From Chiloscyllium plagiosum (lineage: Eukaryota), in the NCBI RefSeq assembly GCF_004010195.1, contig NC_057754.1:7974747-8038746 (forward strand): a DNA stretch of 64,000 nucleotides, in the 5' to 3' direction. This document shows, in pieces, positions 37,886-50,027 of the stretch. The notes beneath the pieces are model-generated. The model was not told the DNA's origin. It did not search any database and saw only the letters and a list, made by a program, of their open reading frames with translations. Position numbers and translations under genes: made by a program. Numbering within the stretch: the stretch's first letter is position 1; each line of letters begins with the position of its first letter.

Positions 37886-38032
37886 TGTGATATTATTGTC
37901 TGGTAAAAATTAGCCCAAAACTACAAAGTATTAATTAATAGCTCAGAGCTGGACGAGTTCAGGCTGGAGGTTGGTATGATATCAGCTGGCATTTATATAA
38001 CTTCTTTAAAGTAGTCAAACAGCCCAAGGTGG

Positions 38033-38161
38033 GCGAAAGTGAGGACTGCAGAGGCTGGAGGTTAGAGTTGAGACTGTGGTGCTGAAAAAGCACAGCAGGT
38101 CAGATAGCATCCAAGGTGCAGGAGAATTGATGTTTTGGGCATAAACCCTTCATCAGGGATG
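38033..38161 (-). mobile_element. Penelope-type family B arm with hammerhead remnant (G12 to A)
   Basis: Minus strand CATCC CTGATGA A GGGT TTAT GCCC AAAA CA TC AATTC. Confidence 0.78.
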
Positions 38162-38177
38162 CATAAGCACGTTGGAA

Positions 38178-38372
38178 TGGCTGAGTTAGCTCAGCTGGCT
38201 GGATGGCTGGTCTGTGATACCACGCACCACAGGTTCAATTCCCACACTGGCTGAGGTTACCGTGAACGTCCCACCTTGTCAAGCTTGTTCTCACCTGAGG
38301 CCTGGTGACCCTCAGGTTAAACCTCCACCAGTCCTCTCTCCCCCAAATGACACCATGGTGCCTTTACCTTTC
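38178..38372 (+). mobile_element. tRNA-derived SINE family 3
   Basis: TTAGCTCAGCTGGCTGG...GGTTCAATTCCC...CTGAGGTTACC...GACCCTCAGGTTAAAC. Homologous pieces at 59745-60340 and 60350-60540. Confidence 0.6.
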
Positions 38373-38729
38373 CCTTACTAAACAAACATCAAAGCTGAGC
38401 TATTTAGGTGGGACAGATACCCAGAAAGGTTGGTTTTAAGAAGTTTTAAAGAATCGGCAAGAGGGAATCAGAGAGGGAATTCCAGAGCTCAGGACCCAGG
38501 CAGCCCAATGCCGGAAAGACTTTATGGATGAGATCATTCTCTCATGGGATATTGGTGTCAAGACTCATATTCACTGCCCTTTGAACTGATTGATTTGCGT
38601 GAGCATTTCGGAAGGCAGTTCAGAGTTTGACCACGTCGCTGAGGGGTCTGGGGTCACATGGAGGCTAGACCAGGTAAGAGCAGCAGATTTCCTTCCAGAA
38701 AGGCCATTCATGAACCAGGTTGGGTTTTA

Positions 38730-39585
38730 GAGGTCTACAGCATGGAAACAGGCCAATCTGCCATGACGCCCATTTTCACAATTCAAACCGATCCCATTTG
38801 CCTGTGTTTGGTCCATATCCCTCCGTACCTGTCCCATCCCATGGATCTGTGTAAATGTTCCTTAAATGATGAAGTTGTACTTGCTTCCACCATTACCTCT
38901 GGGTAGAAAGTGGACCTTTTTGGATCTCTCTCCTCTCACCTTAAACCTAGTTTTAGACTCCCCCTATCATGGGGAAAAGCAGCCGGCTGTCTACCTTATC
39001 CATACCTATCATGATCTGCGAGACCTCTGTAAGGTCGCCCGTCAAGTCCCCTACACTCCAGAGAAAAAAGTCTCAGCCGATCCAAAACTCTCCCTATAAA
39101 CTCAAACCTTCCATGTCGCGTCCTAGTCAATCTTTTCTGTACTCTGTCAAGATTAATACTATCCTTCTTCTAACAGGGTGACCAGAACTGCGCACAGCAC
39201 TCCAGAAGAGTCATCCCATTCATATGTACCTACAATAAGATGTCCCAACTCCCATACTCAGTGCTATGACCAAGGGAAGCTGAAACCCTTCGTCATGAAC
39301 CTGTCCACCTGTGAGCTCCACTTTCAAGGAACAATGAACCCGTACCCCTCAATCTCTTTGGTCTATAATACGCCCCAGGGCCCTACCATTGACTGTCTAG
39401 GTCCTACCCTGGTTTGCTTTACCAAAATGCAACACATTTTATCAAAGTTAAAACTCTCATCTGCTATTCTTCTGCCCATGGGCCTAGTTGACCAAGGTTT
39501 CTCTGCATTCCCAGATAACCTTCTTCACTGTCCCCATCCCACCAATCTTGCTGTCATCTGTAAACTTACCAACCGTGCCTCCTAA
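38730..39585 (-). mobile_element. Decayed CR1 3' fragment
   Basis: Reverse-complement CR1 UTR and RT end (TCATCTGTAAACTTA, FADD-like). Confidence 0.75.
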
Positions 39586-40189
39586 ACTTTGTGACAGCCG
39601 ATGGGAGTTACTTTACCGAAACCTGAGATTTCTGAATTGACCTTGAATTCGCACCGGCTGGGATCTGGACCCAGTATCATGAAGATATACAGCATGGTGA
39701 AAAAGGCCCTTCAGCCCTTTGAAGTCCGTGCCATGCCAGAAACAACCCTCCCACTATTGTAATCCTGCCTTCCGGTGTTTGACCCATCGCCTGGAATGCC
39801 TCGGCACATTCTAAATACTTTTGAAATGTTACGAGCGTTTCAGACTCCACCATCCTTACAGACAGTGAGTTCCAAATTCCCACCTCCCTCTGAATGAAAA
39901 GAAAATGTTCCTGCATCCCCTCGAAGCATCTTGCCCCTTAAATCTTTGCCCCCTGGTCGTTGATCCCTCCATCTTCTAGCTCCCATCAAGATTTGAACTA
40001 TGTTGATTTCTCTTCCGTTATGGAACGGAAAAATGTCCAGTCACTGACTTTTAAAAGTTTACACTTTACTAACAGCAAAGGTACAGCAATAACAAATGGA
40101 AAAATCAAGGAAGAACATTGTGATTGATGCTCCAAATACATCAGTTTTTTTGTACGCTAACCAGGGGTTACTGGAAGGTTCTGGAAGAT

Positions 40190-40523
40190 AGGGCAGCATG
40201 GTGGCTCAGTGGGTTAGCACTGCTGCCTCCCAGCGCCAGGGACCTGGGTTTGATTCCAGCCTCGGGCGACTGTCTGTGTGGAGTTTGGAAGTTCTCCCAG
40301 TGTCTACGTGGGTTTCCTCTGAGTGCTCTGGTTTCCTCCCACAGTCCAAAGATGTGCAGGTCAGGTGAATTGGCCATGCTAAATTGTCGATAGTGTTGGG
40401 TGCATTAGTCAAAGGGAAATATAGAGTACGGGAATGGGTCTGGGTGGGTTACTGTCCGGAGGGTTGGTATGGACTTGTTGGGCTGAAGGGCCTGTTTCCA
40501 CACTGTAGGGTTCCATATTCTAT
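40190..40523 (+). mobile_element. HE1/V-SINE-like SINE, near full length
   Basis: GGGCAGCATGGTGGCTCAGTGG...GGGTTTGATTCC...TGTGTGGAGTTTG...GAAGGGCCTGTTTCCACACTGTAGGG. Confidence 0.9.
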
Positions 40524-41084
40524 ATATCACAATGTGTGACATAGAACATTGTTCCATCAAGGGGATAGTTTCTTCCTGCCCACTCTCATAATTTTATCCA
40601 TCTCAAGCATGTTCTTGTCAGTCTCCTCTGCTCGAGAGAAAACAGCCTCAATCTGTCCAGTCACTGAAACTCTGCAGCCCAGGCAACGTCCTGGTGAATC
40701 TCCTCTGCACCTTGTCCTGTGCTGTCATGTCCCTCCAAGAGTGTGGATTCCCCAGAGTGTTACTGGCCCATTGATGCTCGCACCAGTCCCTTTGATCTCC
40801 AAGTGGAAAGGGAAACACTGCTATGGAGAACATAAATCCGAGAGATTACTTCAAAGCACACTTTCCAATGACATGAACTGTCTGACATCAAACGTGTCTG
40901 TTATTGTGTCGAGGATACCACATACTGAAGAGAGAAATGCTTGCTCCTATTGTGTAACTTGGGCAAGAAGCATTTGATAAAGTTGATCGAATCGTATTTA
41001 CTCCAATGGGGAAGGGAGTCCGTAATGACAGAGAGAAAGAGGGGGTCTGAGAGTGTGTAAGTCCAAGAGAATGTTTGTTTATGC

Positions 41085-41355
41085 AGCTGTGAGACAGAGA
41101 GTGTGTGTTTATGTGGGTGTGAGACAGAGAGTATGTGTTTATGCGGGTGTGAGACAGAGTGCGTGTTTATGTGGGTGTGAGACAGAGAGTATGTGTTTAT
41201 GCGGGTGTGAGACAGAGAGTGCGTGTTTATGCGGGTGTGAGACAGAGAGTGCGTGTTTATACGGATGTGAGACAGAGAGTGCGTGTTTATGCGGATGTGA
41301 GACAGAGAGTGTGTGTTTTTGCGGGTGTGAGACAGAGAGTGTGTGTTTATGTTTC
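41085..41355. repeat. 30-bp minisatellite (GTGTGAGACAGAGAGTGCGTGTTTATGCGG)n, about 9 units
   Basis: Period 30 (one 28-bp unit), visible directly. Confidence 0.92.
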
Positions 41356-41429
41356 TTTGTGTTTGCTGGGGGAAGTGTAGGAAGCACGTTTTCACTCAAA
41401 GATGAGTGGGAATCTGTTTCTCCATTTGT

Positions 41430-42215
41430 CCTCCCCTTCTTTCCCCAACTCTATTTGGGGCCCCCATTGTAGTTTGACAGGAAGCCCTCAGACAGTGGTC
41501 TTTCCCACTATGCCTTGGTGGCAGCTTACCCAAGTGTTAATGTGTTCCTTGGAACATTCCAGGGCCTTGGAATGTGCCTGTCTGCCACACTCCGTCGAGG
41601 CCAACTCTTTCCACTGGAAGACCGACAAAGTTTGGGCAGACCAAAGAGCGTCTTCCACTGCGTTGATGGTCCTCCAGATGCAGTCGATGTCTCTCTCGGT
41701 GTGCATCCCGGGGAACAGACACAGAGCGCAGAGTTCTGCGTCACCAAGCTGCTTGGGACGAACCTCGATAAAAACCACAGCATCTTTCCCCGGACCGCCC
41801 TTGTAAAGGCACGATCCAGCAGGAGATGTGTGACAGTCTCTTCACCAACGCAGACATGTCGAGGGCAGTGTGCGGTGGTGCTACCACCAGCTAAGCTATG
41901 CCTTGGTGCTTGTTGGACAGTTCTGGTGATGAAGCCAGATGTTATTGACAGTCTGCTCAGGGAAACGACCCAACAGGGTCCATCCTGTCCTTTCCTTGTA
42001 AGGTCTTGAGGACAGTATGTGCTGACCACTGCCTGATGGAGTTGTGCTCAAAGCTGTTTTCTTTCACAGACTTTTCCACAAGGGTCTAGTGGTATAGAGC
42101 GGTTCAGTTACTTGGGAATGTTCCATGGCAACAAGGCCAGGCCCGACCCTTCATAACCCCGGGGACGGATGGAGCCTCGGTACATAGTGACGTTAGTATC
42201 CCACGCTGAATGGTT
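41430..42215 (-). mobile_element. Tx1/L1-clade LINE ORF2 C-terminal fragment (CCHC zinc knuckle)
   Basis: Frameshifted peptides CPRHVCVGEETVTHLLLD.AF...WFLSRFVPSS.VTQNSAL / LFPGMHTERDIDCIWRTINAVEDALWSA...GKTTV*. Confidence 0.8.
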
Positions 42216-43020
42216 GAGCAACTATGGTTTAGTGATAGATTTAGGCCAGATATCAGGGCTAGTTTCTTTACTCAGAATAGTAGGGGTGTGGAATGGCCTC
42301 CCTGCAATGGTAGTCGACTCACTGACGTTAAGGGCATTTAACTGGGCATTGAACATACATACAGATAATAATGGAAAGGGCATCAGATTAATTCTCAGAT
42401 CGGCGCATCATCGAGGGCCAAAGGGCCTGTACTGCGCTGTAATGTTCTGTGCTGTATGGTTGGTGCCATGCTGTGGACGGGTAGGGCTTTAAATTACTTG
42501 TGGCTTACACCAGCGACGGTGGAGGCGGGAGGAGTGGTGGGTCGCTTATCGGTGGGACGTGAGCTTCACGGGATAGCTGTTGTCCGTCCCTGATTGTCCC
42601 TGGAGAAGGCAGAACGGGAGGGTTGAGGGGGTGAGTGGGTGTTTGGGAAACCTCTCACATCCACTCAGGTAAAGTCAGGCCCAACAACTAGGCTTGTCGC
42701 ACAGTGCTGTCACCGATTCAGGATCTGTAAGCCTTCCTTTGGAAGGGATGTATATCTATCTGTGCCATACCCACACAAGGGGATATATATTTTAACAATC
42801 TGTCTCGTGTTGTGAACTTCAGTTCCCTCAGCCTCGTTGATGTGGTTCATCTATTGGCCTTGCTAGACGATGATGATTGTGTCAAGGACCACAGTAGGCA
42901 TTGAGAATGGGGGAAGGGGCTGCGGGCCAGAAATAAAATTACCTACATGCTTCCTTTCAAAATGATCCTAGTTTTTCTGACCTCCTTCTGTCAAAAGGGT
43001 TATTTTTGGGTCCCATTCAT

Positions 43021-43298
43021 TCATAGATTAGATTCTCTACAGTGTGGAAACAGGCCCTTCGGCCCAACCAGTCCACACTGACCCTCCGAAGAGTATCCCA
43101 CCCAGACCCATTTCCCTCTGACTAATGCATCTAACACTATGGGCAAATTAGCCTGGCCAATCCACCCTGACCTGCACAACTTTGGACTGTAGGAGGAAAC
43201 CCGCGCAGACACGGGGAGAATGTGCAAACTCCACACACAGACAGTTGCCCGAGGCTGGAATTGAACCTGGGATCCTGATGCTGTGAGGCAGCAGTGCT
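43021..43298 (-). mobile_element. HE1/V-SINE-like SINE
   Basis: Reverse complement of the 40190 copy, with an (AATCT)n tail. Confidence 0.88.
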
Positions 43299-43489
43299 GA
43301 TTGACGAAGGAACCTTGGGTTATGGAGTGGAGGGGGAAGTGCAGGCTGAGGAAGGGGGGAGGAGCGTGGTAGTGAAGGTGGTAAAGTGAGCTTGAGACCA
43401 CACCCAGATCAGTTACTGTTACAGCAGGGTTGAGGTCGAATGAGCTTTTCCTACACCTGACATCAGCCTACCAGTGCCAGCAATAAACT

Positions 43490-43900
43490 AGGTGATGGCC
43501 TAGTCGCATTATCACTGGACTGTTAATCCAGAGAACCTGGTAACGTTCTGGGCAGCTGGTGGTGTTTTTGTGAAAGTGAGATGGAGAATGTGTGTGAGAA
43601 CGAGAAAGTGTGTGTGAGGGAAGTGTGTATGTGAGAATCCCACCACCCCAGATGGTGGAATTTGAATTCAATAAAATTGAGAGCCTTAACGATGACCGTG
43701 AAATCATTGTTGATCGTTGGAAAAACCCATCCGGTTCACTAAGGGAAGGAAACTGTCATCCCTACCCAGTCTGGCCTACATGTGACTCCAGACCCACTGC
43801 AATGCGGTTGACTCTTGACTGCCCTAGGGGCAATTAGATATGGGCAATAAATGCTGGCCTGGCCAGTGAAACCCTCATCCCGTGAATGAATTTTTAAAAA
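43490..43900 (+). mobile_element. tRNA-derived SINE family 2, near full length
   Basis: TGGCCTAGT..ATCACTGGACTGTTAATCCAGAG...GAATCCCACCAC...TGGAATTTGAATTC...GGCAATAAATGCTGGCCTGGCCAG...GAATGAAT. Confidence 0.7.
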
Positions 43901-44469
43901 TCAGATTCAGAGCAAGGTAGGCCTCTCAATCCTGCTCAGCCATTCAATGGCTCATCTGAGCGTGGTCACACCTCCACCTTTGGACTACCGTGTTTGTGTA
44001 TTCATTGAACTGTGCCTTAAAAATATCCGCCACTATGGTCGCGGTTGAAGCTGTGTTGCCAGAGTACAAGGATTATTAGTGCAGCCCTATTCCCACATGC
44101 CACCATCTTCCCATAGGCGCTGGATACAAGACATTAGAGGGGTCAAGAGAGGTGGTGGTGAGGTAGGGCTGGCTATCGCCAGTGGATCCTGTCTCCTAGG
44201 GGTGATGTTCTGAGAGGGTTACTCACTGATTGTGTTTATGTGAAAGCGAGACGGAGAGTGTGTGTGAGATCGAAAGTGTATATGAGAAAGTGTGTGTATG
44301 TGAGAGTGTTTGTGTGTAAGAAAGGACGTGTGCGAGTGTTCGTTTGTGAGTGTGTATGTGTGGGAAAGAGAGTTTTTATTCTGTGTGCGAGTATATTTGT
44401 GTGTGAGAGAAATACAGAGTGTGTGAATGGGAATTTGTAAGAGTGAGAAATTTGTATGTGTGTGTGTGA

Positions 44470-47405
44470 GTTTAAACTAGCTCAGCAGGGGGATGAGAAC
44501 CAGAGGTGTAGTTGCAGTGCACAGGAGGATGAGAGTAGGAAGGACAGGGACAGGGACAGGATTTCAGGGTCACAGGAATGTGCTGGCAGACAGCGAAGTG
44601 GTTTGAAGTGTGTTTACTTCAATGCCAGAAGTATCCGAAATAAGGTAGGTGAGCTTGCAGCATGGATCGGTACCTGGGACTTCGATGTTGTGGCCATTTC
44701 GGAGACCTGGATAGAGTAGGGTGAGGAATGGATGTTGCAGGTTCCAGAGTTTAGATGTTTCATTAAGAACAGGGAAGGTGGTAAAAAAGGGGGAGGTGTG
44801 GCCTTGTACTATCCTTGACTAACAACGGTGGCTGAGAGAACTTTTGATGAGGACTCGTCTACTGAGGTGGTATGGACTGAGGTTAGAAACAGGAGAGGAG
44901 AGGTCACACTGCTTGGAGTTTTTTATAGGCCTCTGCAGAGTTCCAGGGAGGTGGAAGAGAGGATTAGCAAAATTATTCTGGGTAGGAGTGAAAGGAACAG
45001 GGTGGTCATTATGGGGGACTTTAACTTCCCCAACATTGACTGGAAATGTGATAGCTCTAGTCCGTCGGATGGATCAGTTTTTGTCCAATGTGTACAGGAG
45101 GGTTTCCTGACACAGTACATCAAAGGGCCGACAAGAGGGGAGGCCACACTGGGTCTGGTGCTTGGTAATGAACCAGGCCAGCTGTTTGATTTAGTTGTAG
45201 GTGAGCANNNNNNNNNNNNNNNNNNNNNNNNNNNNNNNNNNNNNNNNNNNNNNNNNNNNNNNNNNNNNNNNNNNNNNNNNNNNNNNNNNNNNNNNNNNNN
45301 NNNNNNNNNNNNNNNNNNNNNNNNNNNNNNNNNNNNNNNNNNNNNNNNNNNNNNNNNNNNNNNNNNNNNNNNNNNNNNNNNNNNNNNNNNNNNNNNNNNN
45401 NNNNNNNNNNNNNNNNNNNNNNNNNNNNNNNNNNNNNNNNNNNNNNNNNNNNNNNNNNNNNNNNNNNNNNNNNNNNNNNNNNNNNNNNNNNNNNNNNNNN
45501 NNNNNNNNNNNNNNNNNNNNNNNNNNNNNNNNNNNNNNNNNNNNNNNNNNNNNNNNNNNNNNNNNNNNNNNNNNNNNNNNNNNNNNNNNNNNNNNNNNNN
45601 NNNNNNNNNNNNNNNNNNNNNNNNNNNNNNNNNNNNNNNNNNNNNNNNNNNNNNNNNNNNNNNNNNNNNNNNNNNNNNNNNNNNNNNNNNNNNNNNNNNN
45701 NNNNNNNNNNNNNNNNNNNNNNNNNNNNNNNNNNNNNNNNNNNNNNNNNNNNNNNNNNNNNNNNNNNNNNNNNNNNNNNNNNNNNNNNNNNNNNNNNNNN
45801 NNNNNNNNNNNNNNNNNNNNNNNNNNNNNNNNNNNNNNNNNNNNNNNNNNNNNNNNNNNNNNNNNNNNNNNNNNNNNNNNNNNNNNNNNNNNNNNNNNNN
45901 NNNNNNNNNNNNNNNNNNNNNNNNNNNNNNNNNNNNNNNNNNNNNNNNNNNNNNNNNNNNNNNNNNNNNNNNNNNNNNNNNNNNNNNNNNNNNNNNNNNN
46001 NNNNNNNNNNNNNNNNNNNNNNNNNNNNNNNNNNNNNNNNNNNNNNNNNNNNNNNNNNNNNNNNNNNNNNNNNNNNNNNNNNNNNNNNNNNNNNNNNNNN
46101 NNNNNNNNNNNNNNNNNNNNNNNNNNNNNNNNNNNNNNNNNNNNNNNNNNNNNNNNNNNNNNNNNNNNNNNNNNNNNNNNNNNNNNNNNNNNNNNNTTTT
46201 TTGAGAAGGTGACCAAGCATGTAGATGAGGGTAGGGCAGTTGACGTGGTATACATGGACTTCAGTAAAGCCTTTGATAAGGTTCCACATGGTAGGCTGTT
46301 GGAGAAAATGCAGAAGCATGGAATTGAGGGTGATTTAGCAGTTTGGATTAGAAACTGGCTTTCTGAAAGAAGGCAGCGAGTGGTGGTTGATGGAAAATAT
46401 TCATCCTGGAGTCCGGTTTCTAGTGGTTTGCCACAAGGATCTGTTTTTGGGACCACTGCTGTTTGTCATATTTATAAATGACTTAGAAGCAGGCATAGGT
46501 GGATGGGTTAGTAAGTTTGCAGATGACACTAAAGTCAGTGGAGTAGTGGACAGTGTGGAAGAATGTTACAGGTTGCAGGGGGACTTGGATAAACTGCAGA
46601 ATTGGGCTGAGAGGAGGCAAATGGAGTTCAATGCAGCTAAATGTGAGGTGATGCGCTTTGGGAAGAATAACAGAAAGGCAGAGTATTGGGTCAACAGAAA
46701 GATTCTTGGTAATGTGGATGTGTAGAGGGATCTTGGAGTCCATGTACATAGATCCCTGAAAGTTGCCACCCAGGTGGATAGTACTGTTAAGAAGGCATAT
46801 GGTGTGTTAGGTTTCATTCATGGGGGATTGAGTTCCAGAGCCGCAATATCATGCTGCAACTATACAAAATGCTGGTGCGGCCACACTTGGAATATTGTGT
46901 ACAGTTCTGGTCCCCGTATTTCGCGAAGGATGTGGATGCATTGGCAAAGGTGCAGAGGAGATTTACCAGGATGTTGCCTGGTCTGGAGGGAAGGTCTCAT
47001 GAGGAAAGGCTGAGAGACTTGGGTCTGTTCTTATTGGAAAGAAGAAGGCTAAGGGGGGATTTGATAGAGACATACAAGATGATCAGAGGATTAGATAGGG
47101 TAGAGAGCGAAAGTCTTTTTCCTAGGATGGTGACATCAGCGTGTATGAGGGGGCGTAACTACAAATTGAGGGGTGATAGATTTAAGACAGATGTCAGAGG
47201 CAGGTTCTTTATGCAGAGGGTGGTAAGGGCATGAAATGCCCTTCCTGCTAATGTAGTTAACTCAGCCACACTAGGGGCATTTAAACAGTCCTAGCATAAG
47301 CACATGGGTGATTTTGGGATAGTGTAGGGGGACGAGCTGAGAATAGTTCACAGGTCGTAGCATCATCGAGAGCTGAAGGGCTTGTTCTGCGTTCTATTGT
47401 TCTAT
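44470..47405 (+). mobile_element. CR1 LINE ORF2, endonuclease to 3' end, spanning an N gap; the least decayed copy in the window
   Basis: LKCVYFNARSIRNKVGEL...[40 protein letters not shown] / LGPLLFVIFINDL, SKFADDTK, LVRPHLEYCVQFWSP. Several stops and frameshifts. Tail GTTCTATTGTTCTATG. Confidence 0.95.
45208..46196. other. Assembly gap (989 N) inside the CR1 copy
   Basis: Run of N. Its size is similar to the equivalent interval (~1.0 kb) in the CR1 copy at 11865-14275. Confidence 1.
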
Positions 47406-47446
47406 GTTTGTGGGTTTGTGTCTTTCTGTGTGTGAGCTGCTTTGAT

Positions 47447-47653
47447 GAGAAGGTGAGGACTGCAGATGCTGGAGATCAGAGTTGAGAGTGTGGTGCTGGA
47501 AAAACACAGCAGGTCAGGCAGCATCCAAGGAGCTGGAGAAATTCCTGATGAAGGGCTTATTCCTGATGAAAGGCTTATGCCCGAAATGTCAATTCTCCTG
47601 CTCCTCGGATCCTGCCTGATCTGCTGTGCTTTTCCAGCACCACACTCTCGACT
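47447..47653. mobile_element. Palindromic Penelope-type family B element with a duplicated CTGATGA core
   Basis: Inverted arms. Centre AATTCCTGATGAAGGGCTTATTCCTGATGAAAGGCTTATGCCCGAAATGTC. Loose TGTGAG.TGCTTT.ATG duplication on the flanks. Confidence 0.8.
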
Positions 47654-47664
47654 GTGAGTGCTTT

Positions 47665-47995
47665 TATGCATGAGAGAGTGAACGTATGAGAGAATGTGTG
47701 TGAAAGAGAGAGCAAGAGAGAGAGAGAGAAAATGTGTTTGTGAGAAAGAGAGTGTCTGTGTGTGTGTGTGTGTGAGAGAGAGAATGTGTTTGTGTGTGAG
47801 AGAGAGGGAGAGTAAAGATTTGTGTGTGTGAGAGAGAGAATGTGTTTGAGAGTGTGCGCGACAGGGAGAGAAAAGATTTGTGTGTGTGTATGAGAGAGAG
47901 AAAAGATTTGTGCGTGTGAGAGATAGTGAGTGTGCACGTGTGAGAGAGTGTGTGTGGGTGCTGTGTGAGAGAAAGGGTATGAGTGTGTGTGCGCT
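47665..47995. repeat. (GA)n/(GT)n compound simple repeat
   Basis: Low-complexity tract. Similar tracts at 44230-44470 and 56808-56876. Confidence 0.9.
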
Positions 47996-48814
47996 CAGCT
48001 ATATCCTCAGTTGGAGAGAGATTGAGGAAGGTAAGGGTGCAATAATGCACTGTAGTCTCAGAAGATAGAGGGACCTTCTTGCAGCTTTAGCAGGGACAGG
48101 AACCAGATTGGAGAGATTCAGAGATGGAATTGTGAGCAACCCGGGCGTTCAGGCAAGAAAATTAATCTGGTTTTTTTCTGAACGATGGATCATTAAATCT
48201 TCATGCATTTTAAGAGGAATTTGTGAACTCGTTATGTGTTTAGATTTGCTGATCGACTTCGCCTTTCTGCAATAAGGTCTCACAGCCTCGGATATGGCCG
48301 CTCCCAGTCTCAGAGAGAAACTCCATACACTGTCCCAATCTGTCCCGGACAGTGAGCTGTGTAACTACAGATGTGGTGCAGCATGGCCAGAGACCAAGGT
48401 ACTGAAGATTGCAAAGCTAGTGTTACCTGCAGCAAACATGCCCAGAAATCTTAAAGTAGCAGCTGAAGTTGATGGCCTCAAATTCTTGTTGTTAGATTGT
48501 TACAATCCAGAGAGACCCAGGTAATGTTCTGTGGACCTGAGTTCGATTCCCCTTTATTTAGATTCAGTCAAAAGCAAAATCCAGAATTAAGAGCCCTATG
48601 ACAAGTGCTGTTGATTGTGGGATACACCCCTCTGTTCACAAATGCGCTTTGGGGCAGAAAACCACTGTCCTTACCTGGCTCCAGACCCACCAGAGTGTGG
48701 TTGACTCTTCACCACCACCAACAGCTTTCATAATGCCGCTGAAGTCAGAAATACTCCCAGGACCAATACGGCAAGGAGATTCATTGCGAAAGGACTTGAA
48801 AGTTAACATAGCAC

Positions 48815-49530
48815 CTTGGGTAGTGTTGGAGAACGGAGGGACCTAGGGGTTCAGGTACATAATTCTTTGAAGTTTGCATCACACGTAGACAGGGGGTTAA
48901 AAAAGATGCTTGCCTTCATTGCTGTTATCTTTGAGTATAGGAGGTGGGACGTCATGCTGAGGTTGTACAGAACATTGGTGGGACCCCCTCTGGGGTACTG
49001 TGTCCAGTTCTGGTCACCCACTTATACGAAGAACACAATTAAGCTGGAGAGGGTTCAGAAGAGACTTACCAGGATGTTGCTGGGAATGGAGGGTTTGAGT
49101 TCTAGTGAGAGGCTGGTTAGGCTGGGACTTTTTTCACGAGAGTATGGGAGGTTGAGAGGTGACCTTATAGAGGTTTCTAAAATAATGAGGAGTATCGATA
49201 GGGTTAATGAAAGGTGTCTTTTCCTCAGGATGAGGGATTTCAAGACTGGGGCACTTTCTCAAGGGTGAGAGGAGAGAGATTTAAAAACGACATGAGGGGC
49301 AATTTCTTTACACGGAGGGTGGTTTGTGTGTGGTATGAACTTCCTGAGGAAGTGACGAATATGGGCACATATGCAATGTTTAAAGAATACTTGGATAACT
49401 ACAGGAATAGGAAGGTTTTGGAGGGATATGGGCCAAGCGCAGGCAGGTAGACTAGTTTAGTTCGGGATTACGTTCAGCATGGGCTGGTTATAACGAAGGG
49501 TCCGTTTCTGTGTTGAATGACTGTATGACA
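48815..49530 (+). mobile_element. CR1 3' fragment
   Basis: ERRDLGVQVH...LYRTLVGPPLGYCVQFWSP...RLRGDLIEV...RRVVCVWYELPEEV. Confidence 0.9.
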
Positions 49531-50027
49531 CTCTCTATCTCTCTCTCTCTCTCTCTGTCTTTGACAGGGAGCACTGCTGGCAAGGCAGCACTCCCACAGC
49601 CTAGAGTAGGTGCCATGGTCTATTGAACAGGCCTTGAAGCCTCAGAGCAGGTGGACAAAACCGAGAGCATAAGAGGCCAGGGCTGATGGAGTGCAGGGGA
49701 ATCCACAAGGGTTGCATGCGGGGAATGTGTTTCCCTGAGGGAGAGTCTAGAGCCTTGAAGATAAGGGGGTCTCCAGTTGAAGATGGGGCTGAGGGGGGCC
49801 CTCTTCTCTCAGAGGGCCGTTGGCATTTGTGAGGGAGAGTTGGCTGGATTTTTGATTGACAAGTCAAGGGTTACAGGAGGCAGGCAAGAAAGGGGAGTTA
49901 ACACCACAGTTGTTCGAGCTGTGATCTTTGAGAATGGTGGAAAAGTCTCAGTTGGTCACCTTAAGGAGTTGGTAACAAAGGTGGGGTCATTCTTCAGAAA
50001 TGGGTGTCACTGGCTGGGCCACCATTT

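Noticed and set aside
40190..40262. tRNA-like A/B-box sequences (also near 1463, 37565, 57050, 38185, 59750)
   Set aside because: They are SINE heads continuing into SINE bodies, with no complete cloverleaf.
44828..46481. Long ORFs of 400+ aa across the second gap as an intact, active LINE
   Set aside because: Mostly N. The flanking CR1 sequence has in-frame stops and frameshifts (for example near 44717, 46445 and 46723).
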